From Pirellulales bacterium (GTDB lineage: Bacteria; Planctomycetota; Planctomycetia; Pirellulales; PALSA-1355), in assembly GCA_963733035.1 (NCBI GenBank), contig CAVTBU010000010.1:1-64000 (forward strand): a stretch of DNA of 64,000 nt, in the 5' to 3' direction. The position numbers and the translations under genes are program-made. The notes beneath the pieces are model-generated. The model did no database searches. It saw only the letters and a list, made by a program, of their open reading frames with translations, and was not told the origin of the DNA. This document shows, piece after piece, positions 10,076 through 21,333 of the stretch. Positions within the stretch are counted from its first letter, which is position 1. Every line of letters starts with the position of its first letter.

Positions 10076-11025
10076 CTACTCTTTTTGCTCCACCAACTCC
10101 CCATACAGCTCCGGACGGCGCTGCTCGAAGTTGCGGCTGTTGGCTCTTTGCTGGCGGACCTTCTTCAGGTCGATCGTCGCGGTGATGTGGGCCTCCTGTT
10201 TGTCCGGGCGCGGGCGAGAATTTTGGTGGGCTCGGCGATCATCGTGCCGGCCCCGTAGGCCTGGTTGGTGGTGATCATGGCGACGTGGCTTTGGAACATG
10301 GTCGTCTTGACGATGAAGTCTTCAACCGGGCCGCCCCGGCCGTTGATCCACACCAATAGCTCCGCGCCTTTCAGCGACAGAACGCGGGCCGGCTCGGGGA
10401 ACCAGCCGTCGTAGCAGGTGAGAATGCCGATGGTGCCGAAGTCGAGCTCGAACACCGGCAACTTGTCGCCGCGCTGCATGATCCACTCGGGGTCGTTCTC
10501 GAGCATCCACGCGCGCGACTTGCCGGCCGGCGGATGCCGCCAGGGTGGGCTCCCTTCGTAGTGGTCGACCGCCGCGTGCGTCTTGCGATACTTGCCGGCG
10601 ATGCGGCCCGCGCGGTCGAAGAGCAGGGCCGTGTTGGCAAACGTGCCATCCGAGAAATCCTCCCAGCAGCCGACGATCACATAGAGGGAGCCCGCCTTGG
10701 CCGCCGCGGCGATTTTGTCGGTGGTCGGGCCTGGAACCGGGATATGCCCCAGCACGTACTCGGGAAAGACGACCAGCTGAGCCCCGTCGCGGGCCGCTCG
10801 CTCGATATAAGGAACGAACATCGACGCCGGATCGACACCGTCGCGCGGCAGGTCTCCCTTGTCGTAGCCCGAGATTTGCACGGCGGCGACTTTAACCCGA
10901 TCGCGATCGACGGGCCGATGCGGCGCCGGCTTATCGGCCAGGGCTGGGACGGCCGGCGCGAACATGCCCAGGGCGGCTGCGAAGAGCAGGTACGGAGTTC
11001 TGCCACAGATGGTTGTACGAGGCAT
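10076..11025 (-). CDS. Carbon-nitrogen hydrolase (nitrilase superfamily) with signal peptide (frameshift near 10208)
   Basis: Triad motifs LVVFPE, KYRKTH and ILTCYD. The alternate frame completes as PDKQEAHITATIDL...QRRPELYGELVEQKE* ending at 10076. Confidence 0.88.
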
Positions 11026-11101
11026 GAGGCGAGATCCTCGGGAATGCGAACGGAGGGCGGAGTTTCAGGATAGCAGAAATGGACGCCGGGGGTGGGGCGT
11101 G

Positions 11102-11545
11102 TTACGCCCCGTGCCCGAGAAGGTTCAATACTTCCTGGCGCACGTCGTCGAGCTCCAGGCCCAGGCTGTTGAGAACCTGTCGAGCAGTTCCGTGCTGCTG
11201 GCGAAGCAGACCGAGCAGCAGGTGTTCGGTGCCCACGTAGTTGTGTCCCAGTTTCTGGGCTTCGTCCATCGAGTCTGCCACGACCTGTTTGGCTCCGGCG
11301 CCCTCTGGCACGGATTCCGAGTCGTCCGCCGGAGGGCCGGGCGGGGCGAGTTTTTCGACTTCCTGGCGAGCTCGCGGCAAGTCGATACCGAAAGAGACGA
11401 GCACGTGGGCAGCCACGCCCTGTCCTTCCTTGAGCAAACCCAACAGGATGTGTTCAGTTTCAAACGAGCGGTGATCTAGTCGCACCGCCTCTTGCGTGGC
11501 CAACCGCATGACCTTACGAGCCCGATCGGTGAATCGCGCGTACAT
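11102..11545 (-). CDS. Stand-alone Clp protease N-terminal (Clp-R) domain protein
   Basis: MYARFTDRARKVM, ETEHILLGLL and HNYVGTEHLLLGLL (two Clp repeats); no AAA domain. Confidence 0.88.
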   Translation of the reverse strand: MYARFTDRARKVMRLATQEAVRLDHRSFETEHILLGLLKEGQGVAAHVLVSFGIDLPRARQEVEKLAPPGPPADDSESVPEGAGAKQVVADSMDEAQKLGHNYVGTEHLLLGLLRQQHGTARQVLNSLGLELDDVRQEVLNLLGHGA

Positions 11546-11730
11546 GGGGTGTAGCGTCAGCTGTTCGAACGTCGGGCGAAGTCGTTAAGGCCGCCAATTC
11601 CGCCATTCTAGCCGAGTCGTGGGCTGAAGGGGCATGGTTTTCCCTTCGGTTTTCTGGACGGGGAGCGCATAATTAAAAAGTGGATTGGTCGACGATTCCT
11701 ACGCGGTCCGTCTTTGTGGCGAGGTGTGCC

Positions 11731-11937
11731 ATGCATCGCGATGCCGAAACGATTTTGCAGGCGGCACTCGCCTTGTCCGAGAGCGAACGGCTGGCGTTGG
11801 TCGACCAGCTGCTGAAAAGCCTTCCCGAGCAGGCCATCGCGGTCTTCGAGGATGCGAAATTCCGCGAGGAAGTGGAACGCCGTGCCGCGGAGCCGGGGGA
11901 GACAATACCCTGGTCACAAATACGCGATGAGCTATGA
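11731..11937 (+). CDS. Putative addiction-module antitoxin component
   Basis: ILQAALALSESERLALVDQLL...EEVERR...TIPWSQIR; GAGG RBS; ATGA overlap with the toxin. Confidence 0.85.
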   Translation: MHRDAETILQAALALSESERLALVDQLLKSLPEQAIAVFEDAKFREEVERRAAEPGETIPWSQIRDEL

Positions 11938-12236
11938 GCCCGCGTTTGCAGGTCGCATTTCACCGGCTCGCGCTTGAGGAGCTGCGTGAAGCGCGGGATT
12001 GGTACGACGGAAGATCGGCGGATGCAGGAAGCAATTTTCGTGTTGCCATCATCGCTGCAATCGAACGGATCGCCGACGACCCTGATGCATTGCCGCTGGC
12101 ATTTTCGGAGTATCGCTACGCGCGGCTTTCCAGATTTCCCTACGTAGTCATCTTCCGCAAGCTGGCGCAGGGCGTCCTCGTGGTGGCGGTGGCCCATACG
12201 AGTCGCCGCTTTGGTTACTGGCGACGACGGCAATGA
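11934..12236 (+). CDS. RelE/ParE-family type II toxin
   Basis: FHRLALEELREARDWY...RFPYVVIFR...VVAVAHTSRRFGYW. Confidence 0.88.
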   Translation: MSPRLQVAFHRLALEELREARDWYDGRSADAGSNFRVAIIAAIERIADDPDALPLAFSEYRYARLSRFPYVVIFRKLAQGVLVVAVAHTSRRFGYWRRRQ

Positions 12237-12475
12237 CGCGTGAACCTGTGGCGAACCAAATGCACCTTCGCCGTATCGGTCTTGGGATGGACCGTCAAGA
12301 AAAATTGCGATTCTTAGCCGAATCCAGGACCGTTATTAATCAATTGAAGGCATGGTCGGACGAGCGCGCCGATGCCGGCGGCGGCGCGACGCCTGAAGAA
12401 CGAAAGGTCCTCGCAGAAATCAGATTGAAGCTCCGCGAAATAAAAGAAATTCTTAGCGAGATCAGGCGACAGTAG
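12233..12475 (+). CDS. Small hypothetical helical protein
   Basis: ATGA overlap with the toxin stop; amphipathic C-terminus; alternative ATG at 12287. Confidence 0.4.
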   Translation: MTREPVANQMHLRRIGLGMDRQEKLRFLAESRTVINQLKAWSDERADAGGGATPEERKVLAEIRLKLREIKEILSEIRRQ

Positions 12476-12600
12476 TAGGTCGGGCCCTGGGCCTGACGTC
12501 GAACTGCGAGATGGCTAGAAGTTCGTCGCGGCGGCGCCAGAACCTAAGCATGTCGCGAAACGCGGCGTGTGGTTTGTCAGGCCGAGGCCTGACCTACTTT

Positions 12601-14151
12601 TCACAGGGTCGGACCGATGTTCCAGGGGACGAATTCTTCCTGGCCGATGCCGTGCAGTTCGCTTTTGGTTTTTTTGCCGCTGGCCACGGCGATGATCTCG
12701 TCGAAGATTTCGCGGCCGACTTCCTCGACGCTTTGGCCGGCCAGAATCTTGCCGGCGTCGAGGTCCATGTCGTCGATCATCCGCTCGTACATCGGCGTGT
12801 TGGTGGCCACCTTGATGCTCGGGGTGGGTTTGCAGCCGAAGCAACTGCCGCGGCCGGTGGTGAAGACCATCATCTGCGCGCCGCCGGCGACGATACCGGT
12901 GACGCTGACCGGGTCGAGGCCCGGCGTGTCCATCACGACGAAGCCGCGCTCGGTGACCGGCTCGGCGTAGTGATAGACTTCGTTCATCGCGGTGCCGCCG
13001 GCCTTGGCGATGGCGCCGAGCGATTTCTCATAGATCGTCGTCAGGCCGCCCTCCTTGTTGCCCGGCGATGGGTTGTTGTCGGGCGTGCAACCGAACAGGC
13101 CCGTGTACCACTCCCACCACTTGATGCGGTCGATCAGTTTCTGGGCCACCTCGGGCGTGCGGGCGCGGCGGGTGAGGAGTTGTTCGGCGCCGTAGATCTC
13201 GGTCGTTTCGCCGAGGATCACCGTGCCGCCAGCGGCGACGATCATGTCGCTGGCCACGCCGAGCGCCGGGTTGGCCGTAATGCCGGAGTTGCCGTCGGAG
13301 CCGCCGCAGTTGGTGCCGAGCACCAGTTCCGAGAGCGGCACCGACTCGCGCCGCACGTCGTTGGCGCGGGGAAGCATTTCGGCGACGAGGTTGGCGGCGG
13401 CTTCGATCGTCTTGGTGGTGCCGCCGACGTCTTGCATGCTGAGTACCGGCGGACGTTTGGCACCGCCGCTCGCGCCGCCAATCTGCACGAGTTTTTGATC
13501 GTCGAGCAGGTAGCCGAGCGTGGCCGTTTCGCAGCCGAGGCCGATTAGCACGTAGCCGCCAATGTTCGGGTGCCGCGCGATGCCTCCCATCACGCGGTTG
13601 AGCGTGGCGTGTCCTTCGCCGCCGAACTGCATGCCGCAGCCGCCGCCGTGCGTGAATGCCACCACGCCGTCGACGTTGGGGAACCGCTTGAGCGCCTCGG
13701 CATTGAATCGGGCAGCCACGTGTTTGCTGACCGAGGCCGAGCAATTGACCGTCGAGATGACGGCGATGTAATTGCGCGTGCCTGGCTTGCGGTCAGGACG
13801 CTTAAAGGCCTGAAAGGTGAGCCCTTCGAGCGGCGCCGGCTCGGGCGGAATTTCGCTAGCTGCGGCGTAGTCGCGAGCAAACTGCCCGGCGGTGAGATTG
13901 TGGGTGTGAATCCAGGCACCCGGGGCGACGTCGGCCGTGGTGAAGCCGATAATCTGGCCGTACTTCACCACTTGCTTGCCGGCGGCGATCGGTTCCATCG
14001 CAATCTTGTGCCCCAGCCGAACCGGTTCGGTCAGTTCGACAGTTCGTCCGCCGACGGAGACGACCGTGCCGGGAGGCAGGTCGTGCGTGGCCACGCAAAC
14101 GTTATCGGCCGGATGCAGATAGATAATGTCAACCGAGGGAGCCTTGAGCAT
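12601..14151 (-). CDS. uxaA: UxaA/GarD-family altronate or galactarate dehydratase
   Basis: SAF domain LHPADNV..GHKIA..VKYGQIIG; HGGGCG; CGGSDGNSGITANP; NPSPGNKEGGLTTIYEKSLG; FTTGRG. Confidence 0.88.
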   Translation of the reverse strand: MLKAPSVDIIYLHPADNVCVATHDLPPGTVVSVGGRTVELTEPVRLGHKIAMEPIAAGKQVVKYGQIIGFTTADVAPGAWIHTHNLTAGQFARDYAAASEIPPEPAPLEGLTFQAFKRPDRKPGTRNYIAVISTVNCSASVSKHVAARFNAEALKRFPNVDGVVAFTHGGGCGMQFGGEGHATLNRVMGGIARHPNIGGYVLIGLGCETATLGYLLDDQKLVQIGGASGGAKRPPVLSMQDVGGTTKTIEAAANLVAEMLPRANDVRRESVPLSELVLGTNCGGSDGNSGITANPALGVASDMIVAAGGTVILGETTEIYGAEQLLTRRARTPEVAQKLIDRIKWWEWYTGLFGCTPDNNPSPGNKEGGLTTIYEKSLGAIAKAGGTAMNEVYHYAEPVTERGFVVMDTPGLDPVSVTGIVAGGAQMMVFTTGRGSCFGCKPTPSIKVATNTPMYERMIDDMDLDAGKILAGQSVEEVGREIFDEIIAVASGKKTKSELHGIGQEEFVPWNIGPTL

Positions 14152-14277
14152 GGCGCACCAAGCAAGAGTTAAGCGGTGGAAGCGACGAACGTACCGCTTA
14201 GCTTAGTGGAGCGTGCAGGCGCCGGCAAATGTCGGCGGCGCGGTTGGCAAACCGTGGCGTGGCATGCTGGAGCGACG

Positions 14278-15072
14278 TCAATTCCGCGGCGCAGGCGGCG
14301 TGACGGCGGCGGTGGGCTCGAAGCCGGGCGTGGGGGCACTGGCTTCATAGGCCAGGCTGTTCAAAAAGTTGCGCGTGTCGAGGTATTGGTTGGTGTTGTA
14401 GTCCTTGATGTGATCCTTGAGCGTCGCCTGCATATTGCCGATCGACTGCGTGATCTCGCCGTGGGCCTGCGGGCCGATCGCGCCGCGAGCCAGGGCCCGA
14501 TCGGCGAACAGGCGGTCGAGCTCCTCGCGATCGTTTTTGTAGACGTCGGCATCGAGTCCGGCCGGCCAGGTGATGCGGCCGGTCACCGGATCGAGCACGC
14601 TGGGAGACAGCCGGCTGGGCAGGCCCGTCTGGGCCAGACGCATCCAGGTTTGATCATCGCCGGGCGGGCGCTTTTGCGAATCGCGATAGGCCTGGTTGAT
14701 GCGGCGCTTCTCGAAATAAGTTTGCGTCCAGAGCTTGCTGTTTTCGATTCGGCGGCGCTGTGCCTCGGTGAGGTTGATGGCCGCGGCCGACGTGTCGAGG
14801 TTGTATTGGCCTTCTGCGCGAATGGCGTTGCCCATGCCGGTCAGGTAGCTGCCGGCCGCGGTCGAACCGACACCGCCCCAGCCACCCCAGCCGCCCCAAC
14901 CACGTCCGCCTCCGCCGTAGCCGCTGCCACCACCGTAGTAGGGCGGATAGAAGGTGCCAGGCTGATAAGTGGCGCCCGGCTGAGATTGTGGAGTTTGTTG
15001 GGCCAGGGCCGCACTGGCCAACAGCAATCCCGCGGCAAACCCGCTCCATAGCGATTTCGGTTTGCAGAACAT
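14278..15072 (-). CDS. Secreted hypothetical protein with Gly/Trp/Tyr-rich linker
   Basis: ATG 15072 with AGGAG RBS; signal peptide; STAAGSYLTGMGNAIRAEGQYNLDTSAAAIN segment. Confidence 0.75.
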   Translation of the reverse strand: MFCKPKSLWSGFAAGLLLASAALAQQTPQSQPGATYQPGTFYPPYYGGGSGYGGGGRGWGGWGGWGGVGSTAAGSYLTGMGNAIRAEGQYNLDTSAAAINLTEAQRRRIENSKLWTQTYFEKRRINQAYRDSQKRPPGDDQTWMRLAQTGLPSRLSPSVLDPVTGRITWPAGLDADVYKNDREELDRLFADRALARGAIGPQAHGEITQSIGNMQATLKDHIKDYNTNQYLDTRNFLNSLAYEASAPTPGFEPTAAVTPPAPRN

Positions 15073-15471
15073 GCGGGTATCTCCTGTCGCAGGGGACGCG
15101 ATTGGTGTTCGTGATAGCGCGTGAGCCGCGCCGGCGCGGTGCGGGAACACGTTTCCAATTCTACGTGCGCATTGGGCGGTTGGCTCGGGCCGGTGACCTA
15201 TAAAACTGGTATACATTGCCAAGGGCGGAGGTACAATAGTTGCTGCCGATGTCGATAAAATACGGCATTTTTGCGGCGGAATTGGCTATCCGCGCGGAAA
15301 TGCATTTCAGCGAAGGAAAACGGGGCTTGCCCGACGTACAATAAAAAAGATTGTGCCGGTGGGCGGCGCGAAATGCCGCCGGTTTTCTTTCCGGCCGCGC
15401 TGTCAAAAGTGGTTGCCAGCAGGGCGATTATCATCAACGAATCCCGTCTCGAGACATCTATAAGGCGCGTC

Positions 15472-17198
15472 ATGCGAAGTCGATTTGGGTTGGATGTGCG
15501 GATTTTGAAGCGGGTGGTTGGTGCGGCGGCGATTTCGCTGGTTTTGGTCTCGCCCGCATTGGCCGCCGACAAAGCGGCGCTGGCCAAGGACCTTGCGGCG
15601 CTAAAGAGCGGCGACGAAAAGTCGCGCGTGGCGGCGATTGATTCCCTTGGACAGTTGGGTCCCGAGGCGGCTTCGGCCACCGAAGCGCTGGCCGCGCAAC
15701 TGACCGATGAGTCTCCGACGGTCCGGGCACATGCGGCGCATGCCTTGATGCAAATTGGTCCGGCCGCCGTCGGAGCAGCGCCAGCGCTGGCCAAGGCGAT
15801 CAGCGATCCGGATTTTCACGTGCGCCGCATTTCGATTGCCGCGCTCGAAACGATTCATCCCGATCCGGCGGTCGTCGTCGAGGCGCTCGGCAAGGCGCTC
15901 GAAGACGCGGATCCCTCGGTGCGCGTCGCGGCGCTCGGCACGTTGACCGAATACAGCGACGCCGCGGTGCCCGTGCTGGGCAGAGCCCTCGAGAACAAAG
16001 ACACACGCTATTGGGCCGCGTTGGCCCTCGGTGAACTTGGCCCCAGTGCCAAGGACGCCGTTCCCAGCCTGACGAAGGCTCTGGCCGATGAGCGGTCGGA
16101 AGTACGCCGAGAAGTGCTGATCGCGCGTACGCGCGGATCGGTGCCGATTCGGCTCCGGCGGTGTCGCAAATCGCGCCGCTATTGGAAAACAGCGACGAGT
16201 CGGTGGCCCATGCCGCTGGATTTGCCTTGGGCAGCATTGGGCCGGGCGCAGCCAGCGCCGCCGACGCCCTGCGCAAGGCGATGGACGGCAAGGACCACTT
16301 GGAAGAATGTGTTAACTGCTGGGCCTTAGCGCGCATCGAGCCCCAGAACCAACAAGCACGCGAGCACGCGATCAAGATGCTGCTGGAAACAATCAAAGAC
16401 AAGAACCCGCGCGTGCAAGGTGCCGCGATCCGGGGCCTGGTGGATTTGAAGGTGCCGCCGAAGCAACTCGTGCCGGCCCTGGCGTACGTTGTGCTCAACG
16501 GCGAGGAGCCGGCCGTGGGCGAGGCGTTGGGCGCCTTGTCGGTGATGGGTGACGAGGCCGCCGAAGCGCTCGATGACGCACTCGCGCGACCGGAAGCCCG
16601 CGGCCGCGCTGCGCTGCTGATTACCTACCTGGGACCGACGGCCAAGGCCACGGTGCCCGCCCTGATCAAAGCGCTGGACGACAAGGACCCGGACGTGCGT
16701 CGCGAAGTGCTCTTCGCGCTGGCGGCAATCGGGCCGGACGCCGCGCCGGCGACCGACGCCGTGCTCGAGGAATTCGCCGACCCGAACGTTCCCAATCGTG
16801 CGGTGGCGGCCTTCGCGCTGGGCAAGATCGGTCCGGCGGCCAAGGCGGCACTTCCTAAGCTGCAGGAAGAATTGCGCTCGGAGGATCAATTGGTGCGGGT
16901 CGCCAGCGCGTTTGCCTTGGTGAACGTCGCACCGAATAGTGAACCGATTGTGACGATGGCCATTCCTGTGCTCGTGCACGGTTTGGACAGCTCGGTAGCG
17001 GCGGCCCGTCGGGGCGCGGCCGAAGCGTTGGGCAAGATCGGCAAGCCGGCACGCGCGGCCGCCGAGGGGGCCCTGCAAGCGGCCACGCTCGATCCCGATG
17101 AGACGGTCCGGCGCGAAGCGCTACGGGCTTTGGAGAGTATGGGAGCCGTGGTCGACTCGGTACCACAGCCACGCCGCCCCATATTGCAGAAGCGCTAG
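15472..17198 (+). CDS. Exported HEAT-repeat protein (frameshift near 16128)
   Basis: Repeated VRxxAAxALGxIGPxAxxAVPxLxxAL units in the two overlapping ORFs; signal peptide ending SPALA. Confidence 0.88.
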
Positions 17199-17350
17199 GC
17201 TACCGGCAGCGCGCACCCCGCAAAACCGGCGGCGATTGCCGCCAAGTGCGACTTCCTGCGCATTTCGGATTTCGTTACGCGGAGGGGCTTTGCCCCATCG
17301 TCTATACTTAAGGGTACGCATCGGCGTCCCTTTTGCCCCTACGGCCAATC

Positions 17351-20300
17351 ATGGCATCGCACGGCCCGCCAACCATCGAGACCCCCGAGCCCCCGTCGGG
17401 GAGCGGCGCGAAATTCGTTGAATACAACGAGTTCATCGAGGCTCAACTCCGCAAGACCCGCAGCCACGTGCGCGGCGTGGATATCTCGGCCGGGCTGATG
17501 GCGCTGGTGGCCGGAAGCGTGGCCTACTTCTTCCTGGCCGCCATGATCGATCATTGGCTCGTTCGCGGCGGGTTGGGCTTTTGGGGACGGCTGCTGCTGC
17601 TGGTGGGCTATTTGGGCGCGGCTGGCTGGTGGATCGCAACACAGCTTCTACCGCTGCTCGTCAAGCGAATCAATCCGCTGTATGCGGCTTACACGATCGA
17701 GCACAGCCGCCCGTCGCTCAAGAACTCACTACTCAACTTCCTGCTGTTCCGGGCCGATCCGGCGGGCGTGCACCAACGCGTGTTCGAGGCGATTGAAGAA
17801 CAGGCGGCCACGAACCTGGCGGGCGTGGAGGTCGAGTCGGCCGTCGATCGCACGCGATTGATCCGCCTGGGATACGTGCTTGTGGCGATCGTCGCGCTGT
17901 GCGCGGTGTATGCACTCGTTTCACCCAAGAATCTGTTTCAAACGGTCGGCCGCGTGGTGATGCCCTGGGCCGATATCACTCCGCCCACAAGCACCACGAT
18001 CGACGAGATCGAGCCCGGATTCGCTCAGGCGTTCCGCGGTCAGCGGGTGACGATCAAGGCACGCGTGCAGGGTTTGCCCGCTGACCAGCCGGTGGTGCTC
18101 TACTACACAACGGCGGATCGGCAGATCGTCGATCGGACCGTGGCGATGACCCGGCCGGCTGGCGATTATCGTTATGCCGCCGCGTTGCCGGCCGGCGACG
18201 CCGCATTGCAGCAAAGTCTGACGTACCGAATTGAAGCCGGTGATGCTCGCACGCGCGAGTATGCGATCGACGTGGTGGCGGCTCCCACGATCGTGGTGCG
18301 GGCTGTCGAGTACAAATACCCCGAGTACACCGGGTTGCTTGCCCAACGGATCGAGAATCAGGGAGACCTGAAGGCGATCGAAGGCACCGAGGTAACGATC
18401 GAGGCGCTGGCGAATCAACAGATCGCCGCGGCTTACGTTGACTTCGACTGCAATGACACGTTCGACCTGCCACTGCGCGGCGCGGACACGCATGCCAAGG
18501 GGAGCTTCCGGTTGTCGTTGGCCGACGACCGCGAAGGACCCTCGCACGAAAGTTATCAGCTCGTTTTCAAGAACACCGAGGGGCAGCGGAATCCGCAGCC
18601 CGTCAAACATGAAATCGAAGTGACCCGCGATCTGGCGCCGGAAGTGCAATTCGTGGCGCCGAGCCGCGAGGAGATCGAACTGCCGCTCGACGCGGCGGTC
18701 GATCTGGAAGTGGTGGCCGTCGACCCGGACTTCGCGCTCTCCAGCGTTAAGCTGGCGGCCAGTAAGGGGACCGAGACGGTTGTCGACGAGAAGCTACTCG
18801 ATGAAACGTGGCGCGGCCAGTTCGTGAAGAAGTATCGTTTTCAGCCCGGCCGGTTGAATCTGGCGGTGGGCGACACGGTCGAGTACCGCGCCATGGCCGT
18901 GGACAACAAGTCGCCGCGGCCGAACCAGACGGAAACCTCCCGGCGGCGGATTCGCATCGTCGCGGCCACCGGCCGCTCGACAGGGGATCCGTTGGCCCGC
19001 GGTAATTCCCCCGACGATCCGCGCCGACAGGGAGACGCACAACAACCCGGCGGCGACGACGCGCATCCGCGCAGTGCCGATCCCGCCGAACCGGATCATG
19101 CCGCGCAGGGCCAAGCCGGCGACGAGCGTTCGTCCGACAACTCGGGTGCGACCGAGCGGAAGCCCGGCGAAGAGCGCGGTGGAAACGCCGAGGAAGGCGA
19201 ACAGGGGTCCGATTCGTCGGCGTCCAAAGCCGGGAGCGAAGGGAACTCGCAGTCGGGCGACGGAAAGCAGGGTGAACAGAATGCTGGCGAGTCGGGCAAA
19301 GGGCAAGACGGCGCCGGACAATCGGGCAGTAAACAATCCGGCGGCGAAAAGTCCGGGCAGCAGCAGTCGGGCGAAAAGCAGGCGGACGGAAAACCGTCGA
19401 GCGACGGGCAAACCGGCGCGAGCGACTCGGGCGACCAGCAGCAAAGCGTGCCGAGCGACGGGACCAATGACGGCGAAGCCTTCGAACGGATTCTGAAGCA
19501 TCGCGACCAACAGGAGGAATCGAGCGCGGACAATCAACAGGGCCGCGATGGCCAAGCGGGCGACAAGCAACAATCGGGCGAACAGCAGCGCTCGGGCGAT
19601 CAGCAAAACGGCCAGCCGGCTGGCGAGCAAAAGGGTGATCAGCAAGGCGGTGACGATCGATCCGCGCGAGCCAGGCAAGCAGTCGTCCGGAAAGCAACAA
19701 GACGAGCAGGGACAACAAGGAAAGCCGGCGGACCCGTCGCAACAGAACGGCAAACAACAGGGTGGAAAAGACCAAGGCGGTCAAGGACAGAATCAGCCCG
19801 GCGATCAGCGATCCCAATCCGGTGAACAGTCTGGAGGCCAATCGCAGCCCGGCGAGAAGTCGCAGCAAGGGGAAGGTCAGCAACAAGACGAACAAGCCGG
19901 CGGCGACTCGCCGTCGAGCGACGAGCAGGGGCAAAGCAGTACGGACGGCCAGCAAGGCAAACGGTCGCAGGGCGAGAAGTCCGGCGCCAGCGAGCGTCAA
20001 CGGGGTGAAGGCACGAGCCAGGATCAGCAGGCCGGCAAGCCGTCTGGCGAACAAAAGCCTGGCGAGCAGGGCGAAAAGCCCAACTCGCGCGAGGGTGCCA
20101 CGCAGGACAACAATACGCGCGAGGACGGCACACCGCAGAATTCCGACACGAAGGGGCAGGGGGCCCAGTCGAAAGACGATCCCACGCGCAGCGGCGATCA
20201 AAAGGCGCCGCAGTCCGACGAGCAGCGACCCGATGCCAAGGGGGGCGATGGCCAGCAGGAGAAAGGCAACTCCGGCGCCGGGCAAAAATCGAACGAAAAT

Positions 20301-21243
20301 CAAGGTTCGCCGCAGCCGCAGGAATCGAATCAGCCGCGCGAGAAATCCAAGCAGCCGAGCGGCGGTGAGCAGCAGTCCTCGCGCGAAAACGAGGAGCAGT
20401 CGCCCTCGAACAGCAAGCGCGAGTCGGACAGCGAAGGGGAATCCGACGGCGATCGATCGGGAGGCGGAAAGCGGGGCGGCGGACAAAAGTCGAACCAGTC
20501 GGGGACCGGCGGCGCCGGACAAAACACCGCGTCTGACGAAGGGGCTGGCCAGTCGGAGCAGTCGGGCGACGGTGAAACGTCGGACCGCGCCGGCGACGAC
20601 CGCCAGGCAGACGGCAAGACCGGCAAGCGTGGTTCGCAGCAGGGCCCGGGTTCCAAGCAACAATCTGGCGGCGGTAAGAACCAGCAGCCCGGCGGCGACT
20701 CGGCTTCCAAAGGACAAAGCAGTGAAAAGTCACCCGACGCGGCGAGCAAATCGGACGGCGGTTCGGGCGGCGCCGAGGGGGGCGACCGTGCGACTGGCAA
20801 GCCGAAAAATCCGAACACCGCATCGGAGCAGCCGTGGAAGCCCGGCGTCGATTCGGCCGACGAAGCCAATCTGGAGTACACGCGCAAGGCCACCGACTTG
20901 GCGCTTGAGCACCTCAAGCACGAATTGAACAAGGACGAGCCCGATCCGCAACTGCTCGACCAGCTGGGTTGGACGCGGCAACAAGCCGAAGATTTCGTCA
21001 AGCGTTGGGAAGCGATGCGAAAGAATGCCCCCAGGACGGACACTGCGCGGCGGCAGCCGACGGCAACTGGACGAAACGCTGCGTAGCCTCGGGCTGCGTC
21101 CGCGCGGCTCGAAACTGGGGAGCAACGCCGCGCGCGACGATCGTTCGCAGGGCTATCAGGAGTCGCATCGCACGACGCCCCCGCCGGAGTATTCGGAAGC
21201 TTTCAAGGCCTATACCCAAGGGACATCCCGCGGGGGCAAATAG
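17351..21243 (+). CDS. Large membrane protein with beta-sandwich domains and a long Gln/Gly/Ser/Asp low-complexity region (DUF4175-like; frameshifts near 19667 and 21045)
   Basis: Three N-terminal TM helices, LKNSLLN motif, beta-rich domains, about 600 aa of polar low-complexity sequence, and a C-terminus TPPPEYSEAFKAYTQG*. Confidence 0.75.
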
Positions 21244-21333
21244 CGTCTTTGAGAAGGCGGCCAACAGCACGATGGCCGCTTGTTCCTCGCGCACGTGACC
21301 GAAACCGTCGCGTCGCTCGTTGCGGTCAGCCTT

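Noticed and set aside
19000..20800. Repetitive-looking DNA considered as a CRISPR array or tandem repeat
   Set aside because: No fixed repeat-spacer period; explained by Gln/Gly/Ser codons.
18747..20823. Long antisense ORFs (656, 319 and 394 aa)
   Set aside because: Shadows of the low-complexity sense gene in GC-rich DNA; no recognisable motifs.
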